Below are positions 10,916-23,990 of a stretch of DNA of 64,000 bases, in pieces. This stretch comes from Octopus sinensis (Eukaryota). A program made the translations under genes and the position numbers. The stretch spans positions 105,214,001 to 105,278,000 of the forward strand of contig NC_043003.1 in the NCBI RefSeq assembly GCF_006345805.1. Reading direction: 5' to 3'. Position 1 is the first letter of the stretch; every line of letters starts with the position of its first letter. Below the pieces are notes generated by a model that was not told where the DNA came from, did not search any database, and worked only from the letters and a program-made list of their open reading frames with translations.

Positions 10916-13454
10916 GTCCATTTTTATAAATTTCCTATTTGTTTCCAGCTATATTTTGTATTGATTTGATTTGAAATCCTAATCATATTCATAACTGAAC
11001 TTTGTGAATATTTAATCTAGGATTTCTAAAAAGGATAACTCATCTCTTTGAAACCTTTCCCAGTGAAAAGATAACAGAAAATTAATTTGTGACAATTTCC
11101 TAAATTATCTCTTTAAAGGAAATCCGTTATTAATTAGCCTTGAATATTGTTATTTTGACAAGCTAGGTATGACTCATTCCATATTACTGCTCTACTTGTA
11201 GGGGGTGCACTGAGGCTGCAGAATTTAATGTTTTGCTTGCATCAATGGTTATCTTTTAGACTGTTGCTATCAGTTTCTACATGAATAAAATTCCATTCTG
11301 CCCTCCTAATTACTCATCATAATTAGATATATGCTCTTCTGCCATGCTTTCCATATTTACAAGGCATTTACATTCATCAGAAGCAATATGTTAAGCATTT
11401 CAAAACTATTTGCTTTAACTGGTTTTTATTTAAAATAAACTTCAAAGTTCAAACACACACAATCCAAATTCTAATATTGTGCTGTGGCATAGAATGAGGC
11501 AGTTGAGCACGGCTGTTTGGATGCTGAGGATTTGGCACAGCTGACTGGACGTACAGACCATACAGTACTTGTTGGCGTGAGACAGGCAAGCATGGAAATA
11601 TACACAGACAGATAATGAGAGAGAGAGAATAAATATAGCAAGGAAACGTTTGTCAAATAATTCAGTGTTTAGCTGTGATGCCTAAAGCAAACTAAAAACT
11701 GCTCAAATGAATCCGAATTTATCAGAGCATTAGAAAAGGCCAAGACTATATGGTAAATGGGACAGTTTTGCACTCTGTGGATCTGGTTTGATATTTACTC
11801 TTCAGAATGGAAATCTGACCTGCTTCCAACATCAGTTAGATGAGGACCTGAAATATGGTGAGTTGATCATTTTTATTGATACCCACCCCTTGAGGTTACA
11901 TCTGGTTTTGATCTGCATAACAAAAAAAAAAAATCTATGCTGGTGCCAGGTAGAAAAACACAGGTGCTACATAAAAACACTGGTGCTGGTCCCAGTGCCA
12001 TGTATAAAGCACCCAGTATACTCTGTAAAGTGTTTGGCATTAGGAAGGGCATCCAGTTATATAAACTATGCCAAAACAGACACATGGAGCCTGGTGCAGC
12101 TTGCCAGCTCTTGTCAAGCCGTCCAACCCATGACAGCATGGAAAATGGACATTTAATGATGATGTTGAATAAAACTTCTCATTTTAGTATAATCTTAACT
12201 TTTCTGCTGCTCTGCGCTATCAAACATTCCCTACTCCTAACCACCTTGTACCCTGAAGGTCCACATTGACACCTCATCACGACTATTCATATCATTTTCC
12301 AGCTCCAGTTGACCACTCCAGTCCTCTCTCCAAGTGTAAATAGTCATGTAGCTCTTTCACAGCAAACTGTTTCTTTCATACTTTACCCTTTCTCTGTTCC
12401 TCATCTCCTTGCATAACATTTTACTCTCCCCCCCCCCTTGGAGTTCATAATTATGCAAGCAGCACGGTGACCTTACTAGTGCTGGTAGTATGTAAAAAGC
12501 ACCCAGTCCATGCTGCTAAATGGTTGACATTAAGAAGGACATCCAGCTGTCGAAGCTATATCGAATTGAATAGTGGCGTATGATGCTGTCTTTGGGCCCA
12601 TCAGATCTTGTCAAACCATCCAATTCATGCCAGCATGGAACACATATTAAATGATGATGATGATTTAAGTTGAAATCTCATTATCATTTTGTGTTCCACT
12701 CTCAGACTTTATTAAAATCTTTCCAAATTCTTAATTATTTTTAATATGAAGCTAAACAAATATGTTTAAAAGTTAGAGCAAATATGCACCTCTTCCTCCC
12801 CTCAAAGATCTGGCCTTGTGCTTTGCTATAGAAATTCAGTTTTATTCAGATTTGATTAAAGGCTCAGTCTTTTATCTGACAATAAAACATTTGCGACTGT
12901 TTAGGAAACTAAATTCTTAAACAGATGACCTAAATCACACAATCACTGCACTGGCTTCACATCTAGATGCGTGTGTATAACTTTGTGCATATGAATATTG
13001 TGTGTGTATGTGCATACATAATATGAGTTGTGCATGTTTATACTACATGAGTATGTGTAATCTGAGTGTTCACTTGTGTAATTGGAGTGTGTGTGCTTGT
13101 GTGATCCATGTGTGTGTGTGTGTGTGTATTGAGAGAGAGTTTGTTTAATAATTAAGATGGATGTGTTTAGATTTTCTGTTTTCACTTTTATTATGGAAAC
13201 CAAATGTCAAATAGATTGTATGCTGACAGAATGTTTTAATGTTTACATCCCTTTATTGATGATTCAGTATATTCTTGTTATTGTTTTTTTACCTTCATAT
13301 TTAACTCTTAAAATATGTTTATGATAGCCAATACAGGTCAACATTTCAGCTTAGTCCCTTAATGGTGATGAATATTAAAGTTTACTGACTTATAACAGCT
13401 CATAGTAATATTATGAAAAGTGTATAATATTACACTTTTTCATAAAAATAATAC

Positions 13455-13690
13455 CTATTTCTTTATTGCCCACAAGGGGCTAAACATAGAAGGGACAAAC
13501 AAGGACAGGCAAACGGATTAAGTCGATTACATCGACCCCAGTGCGTAACTGGTACTTAATTTATCAACCCTGAAAGGATGAAAGGCAAAGTCGACCTCGG
13601 CAGAATTTGAACTCAGAACGTAGCGCAAGACAAAATTCTGCTAAGCATTTCGCGTGGTGTGCTAACGTTTCTGCCAGCTCGCCGCCTTTT
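13455..13690 (-). mobile_element. SINE-like family A copy with LINE-like 3' tail
   Basis: Reverse complement begins aaggcggcgagctggcagaaacgttagc and ends tttagccccttgtgggcaataaag. Confidence 0.8.
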
Positions 13691-16600
13691 ATAAAAATAA
13701 TACCACCACCATGTCACAGCTAGAGTTTGTGCCACCCGAGTAGCCCTTGTGCTTCTCAATGCCTCATCCCCACTCTGTCCCCTATACTGGCTTATACAGC
13801 AGAACAAAAAATGCTGTTAAATCACCCATAGGAGACTGCCTAACTATGCTCCTTCAATAATAACTATGTTAATAATAATTGTTTGAAACACTTCACTCAT
13901 TTGTTGGGAATATTTATTTTCTGTATATTTACCAATCCTGAGTTGCATAAAAGAAAAAACTATGTATTTTACAAATTAGTTTTACATGCTCATATGTAAT
14001 GGGTGATGGTATTTTATGTTAAATATGTTTTGTGACCATGGCATTCTGGGATCAATCTCACTACACAGTAGCTTTTGATGGGAGACTTCTGCCCTGACTG
14101 ATATATTGCCAATGAAATTTGGATGAGGAGAAACTGTGTAGAAGTTTATTGTATATTTGTGTGTGTGTGTGTGTGTTTATATCTGCTTGAAGTATCAGTA
14201 TATTCAAAAAGAAATACTTTGCAGTAATAATGTCTGACTGAATTACCTCCCCCTATGTCAACTTTTTCATATTTTATGAGGCAAATGAAATAAATGTTTG
14301 AGAAAAAGTACCAAGTCAAACATAGCAACAAACCCCTTTGAACATGGTACCCCAGCGTAGCCACCAATACGATGACAGAAACCATTAGGTGTGTGTGTGT
14401 GTGTGTGTGTGTTAACCTGTATTCTTGGGCGTTATTGTTTTTGCTAGTGGAACAAATCTGACAACAAAAAGACACAAAGTTCATAACCTGATCCCTTTAT
14501 GTGTTTGACAATATCCATTTAATTTACTTCACCCATTTCTCTCCTATATTTACGATTTCTAACAGCCAAGTCCATACTTGCATGATATTTGCAAATTTGT
14601 AAGTTATTACAACAAAAAAATAATTATAATAATAAAAAAACTGCTGCATTTAATTCTTCTAACAAAGAGAATCATAAAATATTTATGATTGGAAAATGTT
14701 CTAAAGCTTCTAAAAGAATAGCTTCTACTTTCAGCAAAATCAGCTGTGATTATGTTACCCTACTCTCGTTTGTTCAATTCTTTCAAGCCTTAAACATTTA
14801 ACTGGCCGTGTCTGGCCCAAATATTCTACTCGTTTTATGTTGAAACTGACCAGATTCAGCCTCTCACGCCTTAGATCTAAAATCCAAAGAAATCAATACA
14901 TTGGCATCTTCTAGGCACTGGCTTGGCTGTGTGGTAAGAAGTTTGCTTCCCAACCACATAGTTTCAGGTTCATTCCCACTGTGTTGTACCTTTGACATGT
15001 GTCTTCCATTCTATCCCTGGGTCAACTAAAGCCCTGTGAGTAGATTTCATAGATTGGAAACTGAAAGAAGCACAGTGTGTATGTACGTGTATATCATCAT
15101 CATCATGTATATGTTTCCTTGTCTTGACATGATGGTTGTAAATGGGTTTCACCAGCATGCAAATAGCATCCTTCATTTCCAATCTTCTGCAAAAACATGT
15201 CTGGTCATGGGGAGATATTACCTCTCTTGGAAACAGGTGAATATTGACAATAGGAAGGGCATACAACCCTAGATTATCTGTCTATACAAAAATCTGTTCG
15301 ATCCATATGAACATAGAAAAATGAACGTTAAAATGATGATCAGTAAGAATTTGTCTTGCAATGTAGGTACAAGAGTCCAACACAATAAAAATGTTTTGGA
15401 AATAAAGATTTCTTGCTGTGGTTTTTATGAATTAATTTCAAAAGGGATAATTAACAATGGGGAAACCTTAAAACCTTTAGAGACCTGTTGAACCGAGTAA
15501 TATTGTAGTCATGGCCAATGCCAGTGTCGTCTGACTGGCATCCATACCAGTGGCACGTAAAAAGCACTGTTTGAGCATTGGGTCTCATGGAGGCAGTGAT
15601 GTGACCAAGACCTTTGGTGATATACCATGTTTGTGTAGACCTGTCAAGCCAAGTGAGACCATAGCTGTGGCTGGTGTCAGGTCATTGGCACGGTAGGGAC
15701 AACCACTACACTCTCAGAGCGGTTAGCATTAGAAAGGGCATCCAGCTTGTAAGAAACCTTGCCAAATCAGATTGGAACCTGGTGCAGCAGTCCCCTCCCC
15801 ACCAGCTTACCAGTTTCTCAGTCAAACTGTCCAACCCATACCAGCTTGGAAAGTGGACGTTAAATGATGATGACAGCTGTTAACTATAATTTTATTAACA
15901 CAACTTAACTCTGTTGCGTCCTCAAGAATGGCAGGACATCTCAGTTCCAAGTAATGTTAGAAGGCCCATGAGTTGGCCTCATCATTCCAACTAACAAAAG
16001 CAATGACTTCTTTGTGTTGCAAACTTGTCCAGTCCATGCCATGTTTTGAAAATCTTGTTAAACCTTTAATCGTGGTCTTTAACCATCATTCCCCAAGTTA
16101 TATAACTCTAGCCAACTTGCATTTCCTCAACTTCAAGTACCCCTTCATCATCCGAGCAACAAAGTCAATCAGCCACATTTACTTTATTTATACTTCATTT
16201 TCTTTTTCTTTACTTCCTTCAAATTAATATTTATGGAAGGGCATCCAGCCGTAGAAACACTGCCAGATCAGACTGGGCCTGATGCAGCCTTCTGGCTTCA
16301 CAGACCCCAGTTGAACCGTCCAACCCATGCTAGCATGGAAAGCGGACGCTAAATGATGATGATGATGATGTATCTCTTTTACTTGGTTCGCTCTGTCAGT
16401 GGCCATGCTGGAGCACCACCTTGAATTTTTAGTTGAATGGCTTGACCCCTGTACTTAATTTTTGTAAGCTAGGTATTTATTCTATTAATCTCTTTTATTG
16501 AACTATTATTAAGTTATAGACATACACATTCCTGATGAGCTTCTTTCAGTTTCCATCTACCAAATCCATTCACAAGGCTTTGGTCAGCCAAGGGCTACAG

Positions 16601-19600
16601 TAGAAGACACTTGCCCAAGATGCCATGTTATGGGACTGAACCTGGAACCATGTGGTTGGGAAGCAAGCTTCTTACCACACAGCCATGCCTGTTGTTTGTT
16701 TTTTATACCAGGTTTTAATAAAAACAATTTAACATTAAACTGAAGAATTACTCGACACTTTTTTGTGAAGTATTTATTATTCTTTTACAAGAAGACGGCT
16801 GACAGTGACTTTGAAGTCTTGGTCTGCTTGCTGCACACACACACACACACACGGTGTGTGTGTGTGTGCTTATGCATAATTTGTAGCTATTTTATCAGTT
16901 TTATTAATATTATTAGATCTACATCCCTGTTGCCAGCTGAAATGTCTGATCATTTGTTTTTGTTTTTCAACCTCCTTCAATTTACTTCCTGTGATATTTC
17001 TGTACATCCACCTCCACAAAATTCCCTCTAACTGTTTACATCTGTGAAGTTGCCCATGTGTTCAGTAGCTGTTATCATTTACTTACACACTTTCTCTCTC
17101 CTTACCGAGAAGTGTGTGTGTGTGTGTTTTGGCAACTACTTTCAGAATAGTTGCTTCAAGGGATCTATTACTTATAAGTTACTAGTTGTACATATTAACT
17201 CTTAGTTAAATTGCTCTACACTGCCATTTTTAGCAGTTTGCTTGTTGTCTGCTCCATATACAAACCATGAAATACCTTCTGCAGCTTGTCTCAACTGTTA
17301 TTTGATATTGTGAATTTTCCAAATGTATTTCTAACTTGATGTTTGTTCCAACATTTTGTTTTTGTGGAAATCAGTTTTACTAACTCTGGTAAGTCTTTAT
17401 TATTATTGTTGTTGTTATCATTATTAATCCTACCTCCTTTAGATCTTTTATTTAAACAGAATTAATTTATAAAACGTCTTCTTGCACTGGTATATATCAT
17501 TTCTGTTCTGAGAAAACTTTGTCCTAAAGTATGAATTCAAAGTATTTGAGGTTTATATTATAAAATTTATCCTGCAGCTGCAAAGTACTCTTCCAACACT
17601 CTGTTATTTATTCTCTTTTTAATCTCTATTTTTTTTTTTCTTAAGGTAATTTCTTTGACTAGTTTTAATTTGGAACCAGCTTCCATTAGTCTACATTTTG
17701 GTGGAGTTATATTTATTTATGATTCATTCTTAAAACAAATCCATCCTTCCAGTCTCTGTTCTCTTCTCACTCCAAACGGATGCATCTTTCGCTATCTTTC
17801 CTCATAATAATCAAGTTGAAATTGCTCACCTTTAAAGATTGTTCTTTTTTTCTTCTTCGTTTTCTGTCCTTACTTGGTGCAGGCGTGGCTGTGTGGTAAG
17901 ATGCTTGCTTCCTAACCACATGGTTCTGGGTTCAGTTCTGCCCTGTGGCACCTTGGGCAAGTGTCTTCTACTATAGCCTGGGGCCAAGTAAAACCTTGTA
18001 AGTGGATAAGTACCAGGCTATAAAAGAAAAGGGAAGTACTGAGGCTGATCCATTCAACTAAAAATTCTTCATAGTTGTGCCCCAGCATGGCCACAGTCTA
18101 ATGACTGAAATTAATAAATAATAAAAGATTACTTTTTAATTAGCTTCTTTATATTTCAAATATCTTACAACACAGTAAACTTAACTGTCTCCATTTAAAA
18201 TAACATTGAAATGTTTTTGGACCACTTAAGGTCATTGTGTATTATCATCATCTGTCATTCCTTAATCGATTAAATCACCTAGGTAACAGGATTATTATTA
18301 CTACTACTCCTACTACTACCACCAACACCAGCAGCAGCAGTCATGGCTTTTGTACTTGTTGGGCTCAAAAGTTTTATCCTTTTGTAGTTGTGTATTTTAG
18401 CCTCTCTTACAATAAGTATTCTGTTTGACTATTGGTAGCACCACCACTGCTTTAATAGCTAAACTGTATTCATTTTCAAATGTACAACTTGTTTGATAAT
18501 GGTTCTGTTGTTATCTTGCTCCTTTGTTACTAGACCCTATCCCCAATGGCTCCCAATTGTGCCTGTTTCATGATCGAAACTCTTCAAGAACCAAAGTTTA
18601 AAGTTCACAGCTTTAGAATAAACTAAATGGATATTTAACTTTCTAAAGTCCAGGCTACATATTACATAACTTCATCATTCTTGCACATTATCACAGATGG
18701 GTTGGTAAAAATAGTGGAACACAAGAATTGATATCTCTTATTTAATTTTGAGGCTTTTTGTTCTCCCTTTTTCTTTTCAAATTGATATAAGAATTTAGAT
18801 ATTGTAAAAGTTTTTTTTCTTCTTTTCTTCTAATTATTAATCAATGATCTTTTAACAATTTTCACATCTACTCATTGTTAATATATTCCAACATCATCTT
18901 TCGAAATGATTTTTCTATTTTAATTAGTAGGTTTTTAAGTAGGTTGTGGATTTGTAAATTTTTATATATTTATCAATAAAGTTATGTTCATTCTTATTAA
19001 GGAAAATAACAAACGTGGTGCCTTTTGAAATCAAACCTGTTGGTGCCAAAATTGTCTTTCAACATTCTGGGATCAATAAATATAACTTCCAGAGTTTTTT
19101 TTCGTTTTTTTAATTAACTGCCCCACCACCACATCTCTTCATGAAAAAGGGCATTGTGCCAATTTTAAAGATATTGTATCTTCTAGCATTATTTTTATTT
19201 TAGTAAGTCAACAGCTCATTGTATTATGTATTTCCAAGACTTCTTTTATCAACTCCTGTTCATTTTTGAAATTAGTTTTATAGCATTCATAAGTGTTTAA
19301 ATAATATCTGCCAAAAGCTACCAATGTTTATTATTTTTTCATTATATTCCTTAAGTTCCCAATACTATTTTGCTTTTTAATGTTTTTTTTTTTTGCTTTT
19401 TTTTTCACTATTGTTAATGAGGTTTCTACACATAACACCTGACATTTAAATGCAATCAGTAACTATAGTAACTAACCATCATGAGTGCTGCTTTATGCAT
19501 CAATCTTACTGTTTAATAGTGAAGAATGTGATCCCAAAATAAAAGCATTGTATGATTTCTTTAAAGAGTGCCAAGTACTTCATTATCTTGCAACTGAAAG

Positions 19601-20309
19601 GTTTCCCGACATACTTTTACTCGTTCTTATAAATTTATCTTTTTTTTTTTTATTCCATAGAAATTTAAATTCTAAACTACCTTTCAAAAATAATATAATT
19701 GCGTGATTATTTATTAACGAAATATCTTGGTTCTATTTTCTCATTTGTTTCTTCTCATCAAATCTTTTGTTGGAAATCTTTTCAGAATATATTTTGATAT
19801 ATTTAGTGTATTTGACACTCTTGAAATTATAATTCCATGAGAAAATTAATTAAAAATGCAATATTCCCACTGCGTGGCACCTTAGGCAAGTGTTTTCTAC
19901 TATAGCCTCGGGTCGACCAAAGCCTTGTGAGTGGATTTGGTAGACGGAAACTGAAAGAAGCCCGTCGTATATATGTATATATGTATATATATATGTGTGT
20001 GTGTGTGTTTCTGTGTTTGTCCCCCTAGCATTGCATGACAACCAATGCTGGTGTGTTTATGTCCCCGTTACCTAGCAGTTCGGCAAAAGAGACCGATAGA
20101 ATAAGTACTGGGCTTACAAAAGAATAAGTCCCGGGGTTGAGTTGCTCAACTAAAGGCGGTGCTCCAGCATAGCTGCAGTCAAATGACTGAAACAAGTAAA
20201 AGAGTAAAGAGAGTATTCAAAATGTATTGTATTTTTTATGTATATTTATTCTTTCAAAGATAATCTTTACTTTTTATTTAAATGCTTTCCAAAATAAACA
20301 CACATTCCA

Positions 20310-20540
20310 TTTTAAAGGCTCTGAAGAAGTTATAAGCTGATGCACAAGCACTCAGCTTTGGGGGTGCTGCTTCAAAAACAACTGTAAACTTTTGAAGTTG
20401 TTTACATAATTATTGTTCTTCATCTTAAAGGCTCTGACGAAGCTATAAGATGATGCACAGACACTCAGCTTTGAGTGCACTACTTATAGCAAAAACAACT
20501 GTAAGCTTTTCAAGTTATTTACATAATTCTTGTTCTCTTG
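20310..20540 (+). repeat. Diverged tandem dimer, 113-bp period, with a degenerate hammerhead-like fold
   Basis: aaggct-ctgaaga at 20321 and aaggct-ctgacga at 20434. Both units continue to aaaaacaactgta...tttacataatt. Confidence 0.8.
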
Positions 20541-22539
20541 TCATTCAATTAATTCATAGAATGCTCTATACTTGTCAAACACTTCATTTTGAAAAATATG
20601 TATATAGCTGCTATTTCTTGCAAGTCAAGTCACCACATATCAGATTATTTTAGGCTGGCTTATCTTAGACAGGTCACCTTCATTATAGCTCACATAACCT
20701 TCTCTCTCCTGCACTTCGATGGCTTTCTTTAAGCTAATTATCTAACTTACATTTGTTAGAGATAAATGGCTCAGGCCACTAGAGGGCAGGGATGGAATAC
20801 AGTGGAAAGTAAGAAAAAAAAGGAAAACAAAGATAATTATAAGTATTCTTGATATATGCAAAAATATTTGTAGAATATTCTTGATTAGGAGCAGACATGG
20901 CTATGTGGTTAAGAAGCTATGATTACAACTGTTTGGTTTGGGATTCAGTCCCACTGTGTGACCCCTTGGACAGGTGTCACTTACTATAGCCCCAGGACTA
21001 CCAATGCCTTGTGAGTGAATTTGGTAGATAGAAACTGTGTGGAGGCTCATTCTGTGTGTCCCATTACCGTCAGCAACCATTGTTTATGTCCCTGTAACTT
21101 AAAAGTTCAGCAAAAGTGACTGATAGAATAAACAACAGACTTAAAATGTAAGTACTAAGGTCAATTTGCTTGAGGTGGTGCCCCAGCATGGCCTTCGTCT
21201 AGTGAGTAAAGCAAGGGCTAAACATTCTAACCTTAACTCTTTGTGTTATTTTCAGGCATAACACATCTAGAACTAGATGTTCAATGTGTCCTCCCATAAC
21301 AATGAGAGGTATGTGTCATTTTAGGGAGAGTTAGCTGCTATTTCTATGAGATTGAGTGATCTTATAAAGCAGTCATGGGCTACTTGTGTTTTGCAGGACT
21401 TTCTGAATGGCACATCAAATGGACAATCGCCCTATTTTTAACCCCCCCCCTCTTTAGTAGTGCAGCCTGCCTATTGATGAAGCATATTTCATGGGGTCCA
21501 CATCTTGTAAAAGGCTGTCCATGCCTGATATAGAAACTCCCATGTGAGGGTGTGTGGGGGTGGGGTATGTAGACCTGTGTATTCTTCCCTTGTGATATTT
21601 CTAATTTCAAAGATTCTAAAATTACTAATCTCTGGAGATTCCAATTCCTATGCAACAGGTGTTCACCAATATTATAAGTAGCTTGGGGGGTTGGGGGAGT
21701 AAAAAATACTTTTTTTTACTATTTTTGCATTATTGTTGTTGTTGTTTCTTGCCCCACTAAGACAAACAGTTTGTTGCTTGTGTGATGGCAAAAAGTTCAT
21801 CTGATTAGACTAAACTGAATGGAACTTTAATGTGAATTCTTCATATGGAAATAGGTCCTTCACTTGTTTCTGGCTGTGGCTATGCTTGGACACTATCTTG
21901 AAGGGTTTAGTTAAACAAACTGATCTCCATGCTTTGTTTATTTTCAATGACTGGTACTTAATTTGTCTCTTTTGCTGAACTGCTAAATTATGGGGACATA
22001 AATAAACCACTGGTTGTCAGGCAGTGTTGGTGAATAAACATACCCCATATATGTCACATGTCAAGCACATTCTATCAGTGTGTGTGTGTGTAAGAAAGAT
22101 TGATTTAATAGTTTCTGTCCATTAAATTCATTCACAGGGCAAAATTTTTTTTCTCAAGCTTCAAATGTAGGTGTGTTACTTTGAAAAGAAAAACAGTATT
22201 TATTGATAACTTTGCTAAACAAAATCACATTTTTCTGTTTTAAGACCTTACAAGCATTGCAACTTCACATTCCCAGAATCACACATAGAAAAGAGAGAAA
22301 CCTGTCTTGTAGACAAAATCACGTGGACAGAAATCCCATTTTTACTTGTAAATTCATCTCCCACCATAACACACACAAATAGTATCTGCCAAAATCACCA
22401 CAAAAAATTATTTTTCTTTTGTTTCTTGTGTCCACAACTGGAAATTTTGAATATGGTCTGATTTCAATCTGCAAAGGAGTTGTTACTAAATTGTGTCACC
22501 ATAGATTTCTTGTCTGAAGTTGTTCAACAGTAGGCTAGG

Positions 22540-23990
22540 AAAAAGCTAATATTACCTTGCTTCACAAAGAGAAAAGGTGACTTTAAGGAAGCACTTGCCA
22601 ATGTGTGGACCATCATTTTATCCCTCAACCAAGGTAAAATATACAGTACTGTCTGCCTGGCTTTCGTGACAGAGAATGAAACCCAACATCAAATGGAAAA
22701 AGCCTGAAACCTTTATCTATTGGCTTGGGCCTGTTTCTGAGCAAGAGGCCAACATAAGGGTCAGGACTATTGGCAGTGGCATTGACCCTGATTTGTTATC
22801 TTTGTAATGGAATATGGTTGGGTTAACAGAGAAGGGATGAAGAATGGTATGGTCTTGCAAGTCCTCTGATTATCCAAGATCTCTGGAGATCTGTGTGCTA
22901 ATATGGCTGCTGAGATAAAAATGAAGCCAATTGTGCAGGTTTTATACTTGTTGCAGCAAAAGCCACTTAAGAGTTTTTTGCTCTGGAAACACTGGAAAAA
23001 GAGCCACAATAGGTTCCAAAGACAATTTGCTTGAGGTGCTGGGGCACCACCTCAAGCAAATTGTAGCTCTGAAAATAACAAAGATCGTTCCCTCCTTAGT
23101 CTCAAGTGGACAATACCAAGCCTTGCCAGACCTTGGCAGTACCACTTCATCCATGTGCTAGGAAGAGGATCAAATGGAGGTTGAGATGAAACTGGCAAAT
23201 TGTTAGAGAAGAAACAAGAGAAAAACAAAACCATGCCCTCCTTATGAGAAATCTTTTAAGAGATCGGAGCCAATGTCTAATCTCAGGAACTTGTTCTTAT
23301 TTGTTAGAAGCGAAAATAATGGGTAACTTATTACTGAGCTCAAAGACAATCAGCCAGTGGAATGACAAGTGGTGGGTTGACTGATCAGGAGTATCTAGAA
23401 GATGGAACTTGTGTACAGATCATACGATTACTCTATGAATGTGCAAAATGTTTAGTGGGACCCTTCTAGATCGAAATCAATGAAGAAATACTGGGTACAT
23501 TTTGAAGGTACTGGCATTCTAATATAATGAATGCCAAGTGGTCAGTCATGGGACATGATGGCACTATCTAATTAGTGGGTTCTCATTTTGTATGTGGATG
23601 AGGTACCTTAAATGGTTTTCATGCTTTGTGTTTTATATACCATATTTGATGATATACAAGACACACCTTTCCCTCAAAAAATATTTGTTTCAAAAATCAC
23701 ATTTGGTCCCATATGCAAAATTAGGCCTATTTTACATGCTTCAAAACTTCTTTTGCTGGAATTGTGGTGCACTTGATCTGCCTTGGCTTCTTTTATGCTA
23801 GAAAATACAGTAATTTCATGTTCTCTATTTTTACCATTTTTAATATATTTGTTATATAAATATCTTGACTTCACCCTTCAGTTTTATATAACTTTGTCTT
23901 GTCTGTCTCCACATGTTTTTTATAAGCCACCCCACCCCATACTGTAACATCATGTTATATGTATGAGCCCTTGTGGCTAATAAAAAAAAT
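22540..23990 (+). mobile_element. Heavily degraded LINE remnant (RT-like traces, same 3' end as 40525-40855)
   Basis: Scattered RT-like phrases (ITLLHK..GDFK; CVQIIRLLYECAK), a higher-GC non-SINE tract, and terminal gagcccttgtggctaataaaa. Many stops and frameshifts. Confidence 0.35.
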
